Positions 9,859 through 18,844 of a stretch of 57,626 nucleotides of DNA are shown in pieces. The notes under the pieces are model-generated. The model was not told the DNA's origin. It saw nothing but the letters and a program-made list of their open reading frames with translations, and ran no database searches. Both the position numbers and the translations under genes were made by a program. How positions within the stretch are numbered: the first letter of the stretch is position 1; every line of letters starts with the position of its first letter. The DNA is from Candidatus Margulisiibacteriota bacterium (lineage in GTDB: Bacteria; Margulisbacteria; WOR-1; O2-12-FULL-45-9). Location: positions 1-57,626 of the forward strand of contig JAYEOW010000050.1 in NCBI GenBank assembly GCA_034723395.1, read 5' to 3'.

Positions 9859-10226
9859 GTATTTGGGATCTTTTTAAATTATTCAAAGCAGCACATCACA
9901 GCAATCTTGGTGGCACTTATGCAGAACAGGGTAAACTTGAAGATGCAATTAGAGAATATAAAATGGCATTAGAAATAAATCGAAACTTGGCTGAGACTCA
10001 TTTTGGCTTAGGTGCAGTCTATCAAATGCAGGGCAAATTTGAAGAAGCTATTACTCAATATAAAGTCGGATTGGAAATAAAGCCCGATGATGCTCAAGCA
10101 CATTTTAATCTTGGCCAAATATATAAAGAATTAAATAACGAATCTGAGGCTCAAGAAGAGTTTAATCAAGCTAAGAAAATAGATCCAGATATTATTGGGA
10201 AAGCTTTGAAAGAATTAGGTCAATAA
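9855..10226 (+). CDS. TPR-repeat protein
   Basis: Three TPR units (HSNLG, HFGLG, HFNLG); start moved to ATG 9855. Confidence 0.85.
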   Translation: MSIWDLFKLFKAAHHSNLGGTYAEQGKLEDAIREYKMALEINRNLAETHFGLGAVYQMQGKFEEAITQYKVGLEIKPDDAQAHFNLGQIYKELNNESEAQEEFNQAKKIDPDIIGKALKELGQ

Positions 10227-10270
10227 TGAAATAAAATGAAGCAAGATATAAAAACAACAATAATTATCAT
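10226..10270 (+). repeat. Diverged duplicate of the 5' end of the DUF6804-like gene
   Basis: atgaaataaaatgaagcaagatataaaaacaacaataattatcat vs atgaatccaatgaaacaaaacataaaaacaataataattaccat at 11167-11210. Confidence 0.75.
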
Positions 10271-10294
10271 ATCCTGGGATAGGAGGCAAGTTGA

Positions 10295-11170
10295 ATGAAA
10301 AAGGCAGATTATATTGGCATTGTTGGAGGTATACTAATAGCATCAATTGTAATTGCATTAGCAAAAGAAATTGGTCTTATATTAGGTTTTGTCCCTGCCG
10401 TTTTACTTGTCTTGGGGGGATATTGGCTTACTAAAACAATAGCAAATAGAATAATTAGCGATAAGGAAGAACCAATAGGACCTGTTATAAAAGAAGAAGA
10501 AGAAGAAATGTCACAAGATGTGAAAGATGCTTTGAATAATATGGCTTTAAAAACTGAGGAACTCAAGAGAAAACTAAATAAAGAGCCAAAAGAAAACATT
10601 TGGTCGAAATTTAAAGGGAAACCCAATAAAAAAGGGCTTTTAAAAGGGAAAGCAACTTTTTTAATGCCTCTTTTAGTTGAAAATAGTATTGGGTTGGCTT
10701 CTTTCATTACAGATTATTCTAAAATCCAAGGAAAAGAAAAAATTTTAGTATGGGAATCTTTTGCGTTTTTCTTACATCTTGTAGAAAGAATCAGCTTAGA
10801 ATATCTTAATCCTGAGGATAGTGAGTATTTTTGCAAGGAATTAATAGATTTAATAGCAATAGATAATATTGCCAATTATCTAAAGCAAGGTAGAGATCCC
10901 ACAAAAATAGCTAAAATGAAAGAGGATTCAAAAAATTATTTGACATCAAGATGGTTATCAACTAAAGCAGAATACTTTGAATTTAGCAATCTGCTTCCGG
11001 CTAATCCACGAGAAGGGTTTGCGGATTCCCTATTTTGGCATTTTGGTTCTAAAATAACAGAAATTTTACTCGGCCATCCTGAAGATGCGGTAATCTGTTT
11101 TGCAGTATTGATATGTTGTACTAAAAGCTATATATCATTGCAATTGCACAATCTTTTTAGAGAAGAATGA
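10295..11170 (+). CDS. Hypothetical membrane-anchored protein
   Basis: 291-aa ORF, AGGAGG SD, two N-terminal TMs. Confidence 0.75.
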   Translation: MKKADYIGIVGGILIASIVIALAKEIGLILGFVPAVLLVLGGYWLTKTIANRIISDKEEPIGPVIKEEEEEMSQDVKDALNNMALKTEELKRKLNKEPKENIWSKFKGKPNKKGLLKGKATFLMPLLVENSIGLASFITDYSKIQGKEKILVWESFAFFLHLVERISLEYLNPEDSEYFCKELIDLIAIDNIANYLKQGRDPTKIAKMKEDSKNYLTSRWLSTKAEYFEFSNLLPANPREGFADSLFWHFGSKITEILLGHPEDAVICFAVLICCTKSYISLQLHNLFREE

Positions 11171-11490
11171 ATCCAATGAAACAAAACATAAAAACAATAA
11201 TAATTACCATTGTCGCAATTCTAGCTTTAATTCTACCTGTTTTCACAAAACTGCCCTATAACTATTTCGTAATCCTCCGCTGGTTTATTTGCATCCTTGC
11301 TCTTTATTATGTGTACTTATTCTACACAATTAGAAAATTTGGTCTTTTATGGCTCATGGCAATAATAGCTATTCTCTTTAATCCAATCGCAAAATTTTAT
11401 TTTAGAAAAGAAACTTGGTTAATTATTGATTTGGTTGTTGCAGCAGTTTTCGGATTTAATTTGTTTTATCTAAATAAAATAAGAAAATAA
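11167..11490 (+). CDS. Small membrane protein, DUF6804-like
   Basis: LPY.YF..LRW, ILFNPI and W..ID motifs. Confidence 0.7.
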   Translation: MNPMKQNIKTIIITIVAILALILPVFTKLPYNYFVILRWFICILALYYVYLFYTIRKFGLLWLMAIIAILFNPIAKFYFRKETWLIIDLVVAAVFGFNLFYLNKIRK

Positions 11491-11499
11491 GGAGAACAT

Positions 11500-12405
11500 A
11501 TGAGAATCCGATCGTTCATAGTTTTTGTTTTAATTGCTGCTATTTGCATGTATTTTTGGGATAACTTAGGATTTATCATTGCTATTCCTGTGGCAATTTT
11601 TATCAATGTTCTAATTAGCACTTTTGAGGCGATGAATTATTGCAATAAATCCAAAAAAGAGTATGATTCCATGATTTCTGACGGTTGTTCTAAAGAAGAC
11701 GCATTAATGAAAATTTCAAAAAAGAGCCATCCCGAATTGGGCGAAAAGATCCATTCAGAGATCATAAACAGATTTAATGACATCCATCTTCTTACCAATT
11801 TTATCAAAGGTGCTTTGCCGAACAAAAAAATTACTGATGATTATGCTTTGGATATCTTATATCATACGACGATTCGTGATTATGGAGGAGGTAGATGCAG
11901 GGTTATTACTGATTGGGCTAAATATGTTCCTAGTTCGGCTGAAGAAAAGATTGATGATAAATACTCATATTTATTTTCGAGGGGCAGATGGAAGGAGCTT
12001 GGAGAAAACGTTCTCAAGAAGATAGTTGAGAATTTCGAAGGAATAGAAGATAAGAAGTTTGTCGAATTTGTTCAATTATCGGAGCATTATAAATTATTGG
12101 AAAATAATTTCTTATCTCTTGCTCAAATGAGTAAGGATCTGTCTCATTTGCTTTCTCTTATGGCAACTACGATGCAGAATTGTGGTGGTAAAATAGTGGA
12201 GCAGTATGAGAAGAATAATGATACGGATTATTTGAAAGCAGGTATGTCTTGTTATTATATTTCTACAGTATTAAACAAAAACCATTTAACTGGATATGTT
12301 TCTTTATCCGGCGCTTTAGCCATTGAAGGGGAGAAGGACAAGGCGATAAATACTTTGGAAAAACTCAAAGAAAGATATTTAGCTCTACAAAAAAAACAGA
12401 GATAA
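11500..12405 (+). CDS. Hypothetical membrane-anchored protein, probably frameshifted (natural end 12490)
   Basis: 301-aa ORF; A8 run at 12389-12396 shifts into a frame open until TAA at 12488-12490. Confidence 0.7.
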   Translation: MRIRSFIVFVLIAAICMYFWDNLGFIIAIPVAIFINVLISTFEAMNYCNKSKKEYDSMISDGCSKEDALMKISKKSHPELGEKIHSEIINRFNDIHLLTNFIKGALPNKKITDDYALDILYHTTIRDYGGGRCRVITDWAKYVPSSAEEKIDDKYSYLFSRGRWKELGENVLKKIVENFEGIEDKKFVEFVQLSEHYKLLENNFLSLAQMSKDLSHLLSLMATTMQNCGGKIVEQYEKNNDTDYLKAGMSCYYISTVLNKNHLTGYVSLSGALAIEGEKDKAINTLEKLKERYLALQKKQR

Positions 12406-12490
12406 ATTAGCAACTTATGATAGTGTAATGCTAGATATGTTTAGTGAATCTATGATTGATGAATTAATAGAAAATATTCAGGGTGCATAA

Positions 12491-12688
12491 ATGATAAAAA
12501 ATATTCTTCTCGCCATTATAATTTATTTTGCTATAGGCATTATTGTAGTTGCATTAGACTATTGGCGAAATCTACAAGAACCTGTTTATAGTCAGCCTCA
12601 ATATGTTTATAAAAGAGATATGCGCATAATATTATTATGGGTAGTTTTCTGGCCTTTGCTCATTTATTTACGAATTCGTTATCGTTAA
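12491..12688 (+). CDS. Small two-TM protein
   Basis: 65 aa, two hydrophobic stretches, FWP motif. Confidence 0.65.
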   Translation: MIKNILLAIIIYFAIGIIVVALDYWRNLQEPVYSQPQYVYKRDMRIILLWVVFWPLLIYLRIRYR

Positions 12689-12734
12689 TTGAAAATAACG
12701 CACTCCAAGGAGAAAAGTAAAATAGACAACTATA

Positions 12735-14210
12735 ATGGCCGACCAAATCGAATATCTTAATCTAAATGAAATAAATGCCTTGCTCAAATCAATTGATGAT
12801 CTCCGCGACCGTGCGATAGTAACTCTCTTTTTGACCACCGGAGTATTTCTAAAGGAATTGTTCAACCTCAAGATAGATTCGATTAACTGGGAAAAGAAGA
12901 TGCTTGCCATCCCTGGCACCAGGAAGAGGGACATACCATTAAATGACCAGGCCTTTGATGCCCTTGCCAAGTGGTCAAAGGAGCGGCCGGATGTACGCTG
13001 TCCTTCTTTCTTTATAACCACCAAAGGTAAAGTAAAGGGGCTGTCTGACCGCAGTGTTGATCAAATCGTCAGGAAGTATGGCAAGAGGGCAGGGATTGAG
13101 AAAAAGGTCAATGCCCAGATACTCCGCAATACCTTTGCTGTCCGATTGTTTACTGAGGAGATCTCAGCAGACAAGGCAACTGCCATATTGGGTATAACTG
13201 ATGCCGAATCTATCAACCGCTATGCCCAGGCAGCTAAAAAGCCACCGCCCCAGCCACAGATTCCCAAACCTGAGCAGGTTGAACACCTTGATACTCGCCC
13301 CTGGTTCACCAAGCTTATATCCAGGTATTTCCCGACCAAGCCAAAACTGGCTAAGCCGGTTACCGAGATCAAGGGGCCGATTATTCCCAGCCCGGAAGAG
13401 GTTGTTTTTGGCAGAAAAGGTGTTATTGAAGATATAAAGTCTAGCCTTAATAAATTTGAATCAGTTCTGCTGATCGGTCCCATGGGCATTGGCAAGACCC
13501 ATATCCTGAGGCATATGATTAAGATATTGGGCCCCAACACTGTCTATATATCCTCCCCATCTCCTCTTAAAAACATGCTCACACAGATATGCGATAAATT
13601 AAACCCTGATTGGAAAAAGCAGATCAAGACTCGCGCTTCGACCAAGGAGATCGCCGATTTCATCATAAAGAGCAAGGGGGCTAAGCCTCCCATTCTTATT
13701 ATTGATAATCTGAATAACCTTAAGGCCCCGGATACCGATATTTTCTTGTCCCTTTTGGGAAGTTTCTCTATCCTTGCTGATACTGATGAAATGAAACCAA
13801 AGCTCAAGCAGATCTGGTATAAATTTAAGAGGATCGATCTTAATCCCTTAAGCGAAAATGCCGCAAAAGAGCTGATCAGGTATTTAACTCAAAATCTCTC
13901 TATCAGCGATTATGAGATGCTGGAAACAAGGATCATGACCTTATCAAACCGTTTACCTTTAGCCATTGTTGATATGGTCCATCAAGTCAGCCATCGGCCT
14001 GTGGTTACAAGGGACGCGGTCAGGGATGTTTACCACGAAGCGGGGATCAGGTATCGTGACTGGACAGCTGTGATTGTTGTGCTTTGGGGCATGGCGATCA
14101 TGTTTCGTTTTATTGCTTTAGGAACGCACAGTTTTGAAGGATATATCTTGGCCGGGTTTGGTACGGCATTTATGCTGGTGATGAGATTTTTTGTATTTAG
14201 AATGAGGTGA
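12735..14210 (+). CDS. Degenerate tyrosine-recombinase catalytic domain fused to P-loop NTPase and 2 TM helices
   Basis: RDRAI...TGVFLKEL, AQILRNTFA, ILGI...RY (XerC/D-like boxes with substitutions); Walker A GPMGIGKT; Walker B ILIIDN; hydrophobic C-terminus. Confidence 0.85.
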   Translation: MADQIEYLNLNEINALLKSIDDLRDRAIVTLFLTTGVFLKELFNLKIDSINWEKKMLAIPGTRKRDIPLNDQAFDALAKWSKERPDVRCPSFFITTKGKVKGLSDRSVDQIVRKYGKRAGIEKKVNAQILRNTFAVRLFTEEISADKATAILGITDAESINRYAQAAKKPPPQPQIPKPEQVEHLDTRPWFTKLISRYFPTKPKLAKPVTEIKGPIIPSPEEVVFGRKGVIEDIKSSLNKFESVLLIGPMGIGKTHILRHMIKILGPNTVYISSPSPLKNMLTQICDKLNPDWKKQIKTRASTKEIADFIIKSKGAKPPILIIDNLNNLKAPDTDIFLSLLGSFSILADTDEMKPKLKQIWYKFKRIDLNPLSENAAKELIRYLTQNLSISDYEMLETRIMTLSNRLPLAIVDMVHQVSHRPVVTRDAVRDVYHEAGIRYRDWTAVIVVLWGMAIMFRFIALGTHSFEGYILAGFGTAFMLVMRFFVFRMR

Positions 14211-14213
14211 GCG

Positions 14214-15491
14214 ATGAATACTTTTGGTTGTTATAAAAAGAAACAGCTAGATTCTGAGGTTTGCAAAGAATGCAACAAGAAAATAGATGATCAAATTAAT
14301 GAATTGGATCATGGGAAAATAAAAATCGTTGATCCTATATATGGATTAGTAGAAATTGATGATTATATTAAGATCATAATAGATACTTGTTATTTACAAA
14401 GATTGAGAAGGATAAAGCAACTTGGTTTTTCATATCTTACATTCCCAAATGCAACTCACACAAGATTTGAGCATTCTTTAGGCGTTTATTACCTGATTTA
14501 CCGAATATGTGAAAACGAAAATCATGCGATTGATAATAAGTTTAAATTCATATTAAAAACAGCGGCTATTTTGCATGATATAGGACATGGTCCTTTTTCA
14601 CATTTCTCCGAAGAACTTTCTGACCTTGTTCTGGGAAGGGAGCATAGCCACGAAAAAAGAGCAGGAAACATGATTAGTCCGGAATGGTCCTGTTTAAATA
14701 AGACATTAAAGAAGATTATGTCTAAATTGGGTTTTTCTGATAAAGATCAAGCTGATATCCTAAAAAAGATTCCTAACTATATATCAGGTTACAGCAAAGA
14801 TAGTCTATCTTTGTTGATTAATGGCCCAATCGATGTTGATAAAATGGATTACATAGTTAGAGATTCCTATCATACTGGGGTTCCTTTTGGGTTGGGGGTA
14901 GATTTGTTTTTTATTTGTGACAATATAAGATTTGATAAAGTCAAAAAGAACGGACATAAACAAATTATTTTTAATGAAAAAGCTGAAGCAGCAATTCTAA
15001 ATTTATTATATGCTTATGCAACTTCTTATCAAGCCATACATTATCATCATGTTAACATAATTGCTTCAGAGATGATTTTGAAAATATTTAATGATGTAGA
15101 TATTTCCAAAATATCAGATAATGACAAAACAAGCCTTTTTTGGACAGACGATTGCAATTTTTTAAATAGACTAGGAATGATTCTCTCGAAAAAAGCTCAA
15201 AAGAAACAATATCATGAGATTTATAAAATGTTTTTGCGTATAAATAATCGTTGTTTGCCTAAGCGGAAAAAGCAGGGAATAACGGATGTGGGCAAGAAAC
15301 TTGATTTTAACGAAAGACGTGCTGAGGAGAAAAAATCAGAAATTATTACTTGTTCGTCCTTAACAAAGAAGGTCAAAAATGTCGATAGGATTAGAGTGGT
15401 AAAAAGGGACGGGTCATTAAGAGAATTGTTGGGTTATGTAAAAGGAATAAAAGACAGATTTAGAAAAATTGTCTGGGAATGTTCTTTTTAA
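14214..15491 (+). CDS. HD-domain dNTP triphosphohydrolase (SAMHD1/YwfO-like)
   Basis: DPIYG, QRLRRIKQLG, HTRFEHSLG, LHDIGHGPFSH, DVDKMDY. Confidence 0.88.
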   Translation: MNTFGCYKKKQLDSEVCKECNKKIDDQINELDHGKIKIVDPIYGLVEIDDYIKIIIDTCYLQRLRRIKQLGFSYLTFPNATHTRFEHSLGVYYLIYRICENENHAIDNKFKFILKTAAILHDIGHGPFSHFSEELSDLVLGREHSHEKRAGNMISPEWSCLNKTLKKIMSKLGFSDKDQADILKKIPNYISGYSKDSLSLLINGPIDVDKMDYIVRDSYHTGVPFGLGVDLFFICDNIRFDKVKKNGHKQIIFNEKAEAAILNLLYAYATSYQAIHYHHVNIIASEMILKIFNDVDISKISDNDKTSLFWTDDCNFLNRLGMILSKKAQKKQYHEIYKMFLRINNRCLPKRKKQGITDVGKKLDFNERRAEEKKSEIITCSSLTKKVKNVDRIRVVKRDGSLRELLGYVKGIKDRFRKIVWECSF

Positions 15492-15506
15492 TTATGGATG
15501 AAATAA

Positions 15507-16829
15507 ATGCTAGCACCAACTCATAGCGTATTTGGAATATTTTTGACCCTGATTATCCTGGCGGTCTTCGGCGTCCAGTGGAGTCTCCACTGGACCATCA
15601 TCCTTTTTGCCATATTAGGGGCGGTCATGCCGGATATTGATCACCCCAAATCAATTATTGGCAAACTATTCTACTTTATCTCTGCCCCAATTGAGCGAAG
15701 ATACGGTCATCGCACTATAACCCATTCTTTAATTGGCTTGGCGATCTTTACGGTCATATTTGCCGTAATAATTGGCTTGATAAGCTTCCTGCCTCAAATC
15801 TCAGCCTGGGGCTGGACCGATCTTCCTATTCGCTGGATAGCCGCATTTTCGATCAGCTATTTTTCTCATCTGGTGCTTGATATGTTCAACCGTCGTGGCT
15901 CTCAGATGTTCTGGCCTGATCCTGGTAGGGATGTGATTCCCAGAAACCAAAGATTCAGGATTAAGTCTGGGTCGCGCACTGAGATTATTGTTTTTATAGT
16001 GCTCCTGGCTCTGATGTTTCTGGCTTTTCCTATTTCCAAGTACGGCCCGGCCAGTACTGTGCGTTGGCTTCTGGCAACTTCAGGCTCTGCCATTGAAGAA
16101 TTCAAAACCTCAGATACGGTTTCCTATCTGGAGTTCAAAGGTTATTTTAAAAACACAAAACAACCTGTCGAAGGCAGGGCTGAAATTCTCGGTGTTCAGA
16201 ACAAAAGATTAATTATCCTTTTAAAAGACGACGGACAAATATATACAATCAGCGATGAGTTGGCTTCTGATATTCTAGCCGAGAAAATGAGGGTTGAAAA
16301 AAGTAATAAGCCTCTTAAGGTTGAAAAAAGAGAGTTTAAAAATGAGGAACGGGGATATCTATTATCACAAGTCCCTGATGGCGCGCGAATTTCAGGAGTT
16401 ATTAACCTTCCAGCAGGCATGAACGTAACCATTCCTGAATCGCCGGGATTCTTTAAAGTATTCGAACAAAAAGGAGACGATCTTCATCTCAATTTTGCTA
16501 ATCGGGAAATGATCGAAAAGCTGGGTTTAACCGAACAGTTTGACCTCCAGAAGAAAAAAGATATGGTAGAACTTTCTGGCCTCGTGACCCGAGCCAGGAA
16601 GATTAGAAATGAGATTAGCGAAATACAAAGTAAAGATGGTTTAACTGAGCTTGGTCAGACGTTGCTTTTGGGCAAAGATAAAATTGAAAAACAAAATACA
16701 CGCCTAGCCGAGCTAAGAAGCCAGCTTGCTGATGTAAATCTAAAGATCGAGGAAGTTAATCTAAAGATAAAGTCCAGGAAGTTTGTATTTTCAGGAAGCG
16801 TCTATATTAGACAACGAGGAGGAAAATAA
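15507..16829 (+). CDS. YdjM-like membrane metal-dependent hydrolase with long soluble/coiled-coil C-terminus
   Basis: THS, PDIDHP, GHRTITHS, SHLVLD motifs among TMs. Confidence 0.8.
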   Translation: MLAPTHSVFGIFLTLIILAVFGVQWSLHWTIILFAILGAVMPDIDHPKSIIGKLFYFISAPIERRYGHRTITHSLIGLAIFTVIFAVIIGLISFLPQISAWGWTDLPIRWIAAFSISYFSHLVLDMFNRRGSQMFWPDPGRDVIPRNQRFRIKSGSRTEIIVFIVLLALMFLAFPISKYGPASTVRWLLATSGSAIEEFKTSDTVSYLEFKGYFKNTKQPVEGRAEILGVQNKRLIILLKDDGQIYTISDELASDILAEKMRVEKSNKPLKVEKREFKNEERGYLLSQVPDGARISGVINLPAGMNVTIPESPGFFKVFEQKGDDLHLNFANREMIEKLGLTEQFDLQKKKDMVELSGLVTRARKIRNEISEIQSKDGLTELGQTLLLGKDKIEKQNTRLAELRSQLADVNLKIEEVNLKIKSRKFVFSGSVYIRQRGGK

Positions 16830-16830
16830 G

Positions 16831-17361
16831 ATGAAAAGGTTTATTGCAGTGTTTCTGATAATTTTACATTCATTCGTCATTAGTCATTCGGCATTAGGAA
16901 TTGAAAGGGAGTATGTTCTCGGACCGTACGATATGTTAGAAGTCGAGATTATTAACCACCCGGAGCTAAAAACCAAACAAACGGTTACCCCTGACGGCCA
17001 GGCTTCGCTTCCGTTGCTGGGGGTTGTGTCAGTTGAGGGTAAAACTCTTAAAGGGCTGCATGATTTCCTTACCACAAACTACGCTGCTTATATCGAAAAA
17101 CCGCAATTAACGATTAATTTAACACCCAAACCCATCTATGTGATCCAGTATGATCTGAGAAAAGATACCTGGGAAGTTAAAAAGGCTACGTCGATTGATG
17201 AGGCTAAAGCCCTAACAGGGATTGAGCCAACTTTGGCTATTGAGCATGGGAATGTTTATAAGGTTAGTATGGGGAAGAAGGCGGATTGGTTGGAAGACAA
17301 CTGGTACAAAGTAATTACAGCCACGGCGGTTATGGCAGGTATCTACTCAACCTTGAAATAA
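16831..17361 (+). CDS. Polysaccharide export (Wza/Poly_export N-domain) family protein
   Basis: YVLGPYD.L, VTPDG..SLPLLG.V...GKT; signal peptide; GAGGAGG SD before ATG 16831. Confidence 0.8.
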   Translation: MKRFIAVFLIILHSFVISHSALGIEREYVLGPYDMLEVEIINHPELKTKQTVTPDGQASLPLLGVVSVEGKTLKGLHDFLTTNYAAYIEKPQLTINLTPKPIYVIQYDLRKDTWEVKKATSIDEAKALTGIEPTLAIEHGNVYKVSMGKKADWLEDNWYKVITATAVMAGIYSTLK

Positions 17362-17371
17362 GAAGATAATT

Positions 17372-17516
17372 GCTCGCCTTGAGCTTGTCGAAAGGCTTGC
17401 CCTGAGCCCTTCGATTCACTGCGTTCGCTCAGGACAAGCTCCGTCGAAGGGCTTGCCCCGAGCGAACGAACAAAGTGAGGGAGTCGAGGGGGGATTTATT
17501 CGACGTTGAAATAAAA
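17372..17516 (+). repeat. REP-like palindrome cluster and direct repeat copy B
   Basis: Three CCYGAGC...GTCGARGG-type units, one nested; 17421-17516 duplicates 1-108. Confidence 0.85.
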
Positions 17517-17698
17517 GGACGATTGCTTGTTCTGAACGAAGCCAGAGGTTGATTTTTTTGATATTGGGGCGTAGCATTAGGTAGAGCTTTAATAACTGAT
17601 CCAACATAATATGGTGATTTGTAAAACAAAAGCCGCTAGAAATAGCGGATTTTTTCGTTTTTGGTTAAAGGAAGCAAAATTTTAGAGAGGTGTTAAAA

Positions 17699-18844
17699 AT
17701 GGCTCAAAATACGATTAAATGTCCAAAATGTGGGGAAATAATTTCTATAGATGATGTTCTAACCCATGATATAGAAGATAGAGTAAAAAAAGAATTTGAA
17801 GCAAAGCAAAAGATACGAGAAAAAGAACTAGCTTCAAAGTTTATCAAAGAGGCAAGGGCCGAAGCTGAAAAAGAGCAACGAGAAAAAACAAATCTTTTAG
17901 AGGAACAGCTAAAGAGTAAGAATGCAAAATTAGATGATGCCATGAAAAAGGAAGTTGCTCTGCGCAGAGAAAAAATGAAGCTCGATGATGAGAAACGAGC
18001 TTTTGAAACCGAAAAGTTACGCCAATTGGAAGAAGCAAAAAAGACCATTGCTGAGGAAGCTGCCAAAAAAGCAGCAGAAGAACAGCAATATAATATTGCC
18101 CAATTAAAAAAGCAGCTGACAGATGCAACTAAGGCAAAAGATGAGCTTGCACGTAAGCTAGAGCAAGGGTCGCAGCAGACGCAGGGTGAGGTGTTGGAAT
18201 TAGAGTTGGAAGAATTATTGAAAGTAGAATTTCAGCAGGATGAAATTGTTCCTGTGCCCAAAGGCGTAACCGGTGCTGATATTATCCAAACCGTTATGAA
18301 TCGTTCTGGCCGGGAGTGTGGGAAAATTGTTTGGGAATCTAAAAAGACCAAGGCCTGGAGTGAGGGATGGGTGCAGAAGTTAAAAGATGACCAACGGGCG
18401 ATTAAGGCAGATATTGCTGTGCTTGTGTCAGTTACTTTGCCTGAGGGAGTAAATGGCTTTGTTTTTCGCAATAATATTTGGATTTGTGATGTTAAAACTT
18501 TTATCGCGTTAGCTACGACGCTGAGGATGAGCCTGGAAGCCGTAACCCGAGAAAGATCGATGTCTGTGGGCAAAAACGAAAAAATGGAAGTGCTTTATTC
18601 TTATTTAACTGGCGTAGAGTTTCGCCAAAGGGTAGAGGCAATTATTGAAGCTTTTTCGAATATGGATACAAGTTTAAAAAAAGAACGGATAGCTTATGAA
18701 AAAATATGGGCTGAGCGTGAGCAACAGCTTAAAAAAGTGATGAAAAGTACGATTGGTATGTATGGTGATATGAGCGGGTTAGTTACGCTTCCGCAGATAA
18801 AAACTTTGGAGTTGGGGGAGGGGAAAAGTCATAAAGATAGTTAG
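17699..18844 (+). CDS. DUF2130 domain protein
   Basis: IKCPKCG Zn ribbon, coiled coil, GSQQ.QGEVLE..LE, G.D and WESKKTK nuclease-like motifs. Confidence 0.85.
   Translation: MAQNTIKCPKCGEIISIDDVLTHDIEDRVKKEFEAKQKIREKELASKFIKEARAEAEKEQREKTNLLEEQLKSKNAKLDDAMKKEVALRREKMKLDDEKRAFETEKLRQLEEAKKTIAEEAAKKAAEEQQYNIAQLKKQLTDATKAKDELARKLEQGSQQTQGEVLELELEELLKVEFQQDEIVPVPKGVTGADIIQTVMNRSGRECGKIVWESKKTKAWSEGWVQKLKDDQRAIKADIAVLVSVTLPEGVNGFVFRNNIWICDVKTFIALATTLRMSLEAVTRERSMSVGKNEKMEVLYSYLTGVEFRQRVEAIIEAFSNMDTSLKKERIAYEKIWAEREQQLKKVMKSTIGMYGDMSGLVTLPQIKTLELGEGKSHKDS

Noticed and set aside
9370..12688. Integron cassette array
   Set aside because: Genes overlap or abut, with no attC-type GTTRRRY/RYYYAAC palindromes and no IntI
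12735..14210. Functional integrase for the island
   Set aside because: Key catalytic residues substituted and core-binding domain missing
17416..17629. Two minus-strand ORFs
   Set aside because: Read through the REP cluster; likely spurious
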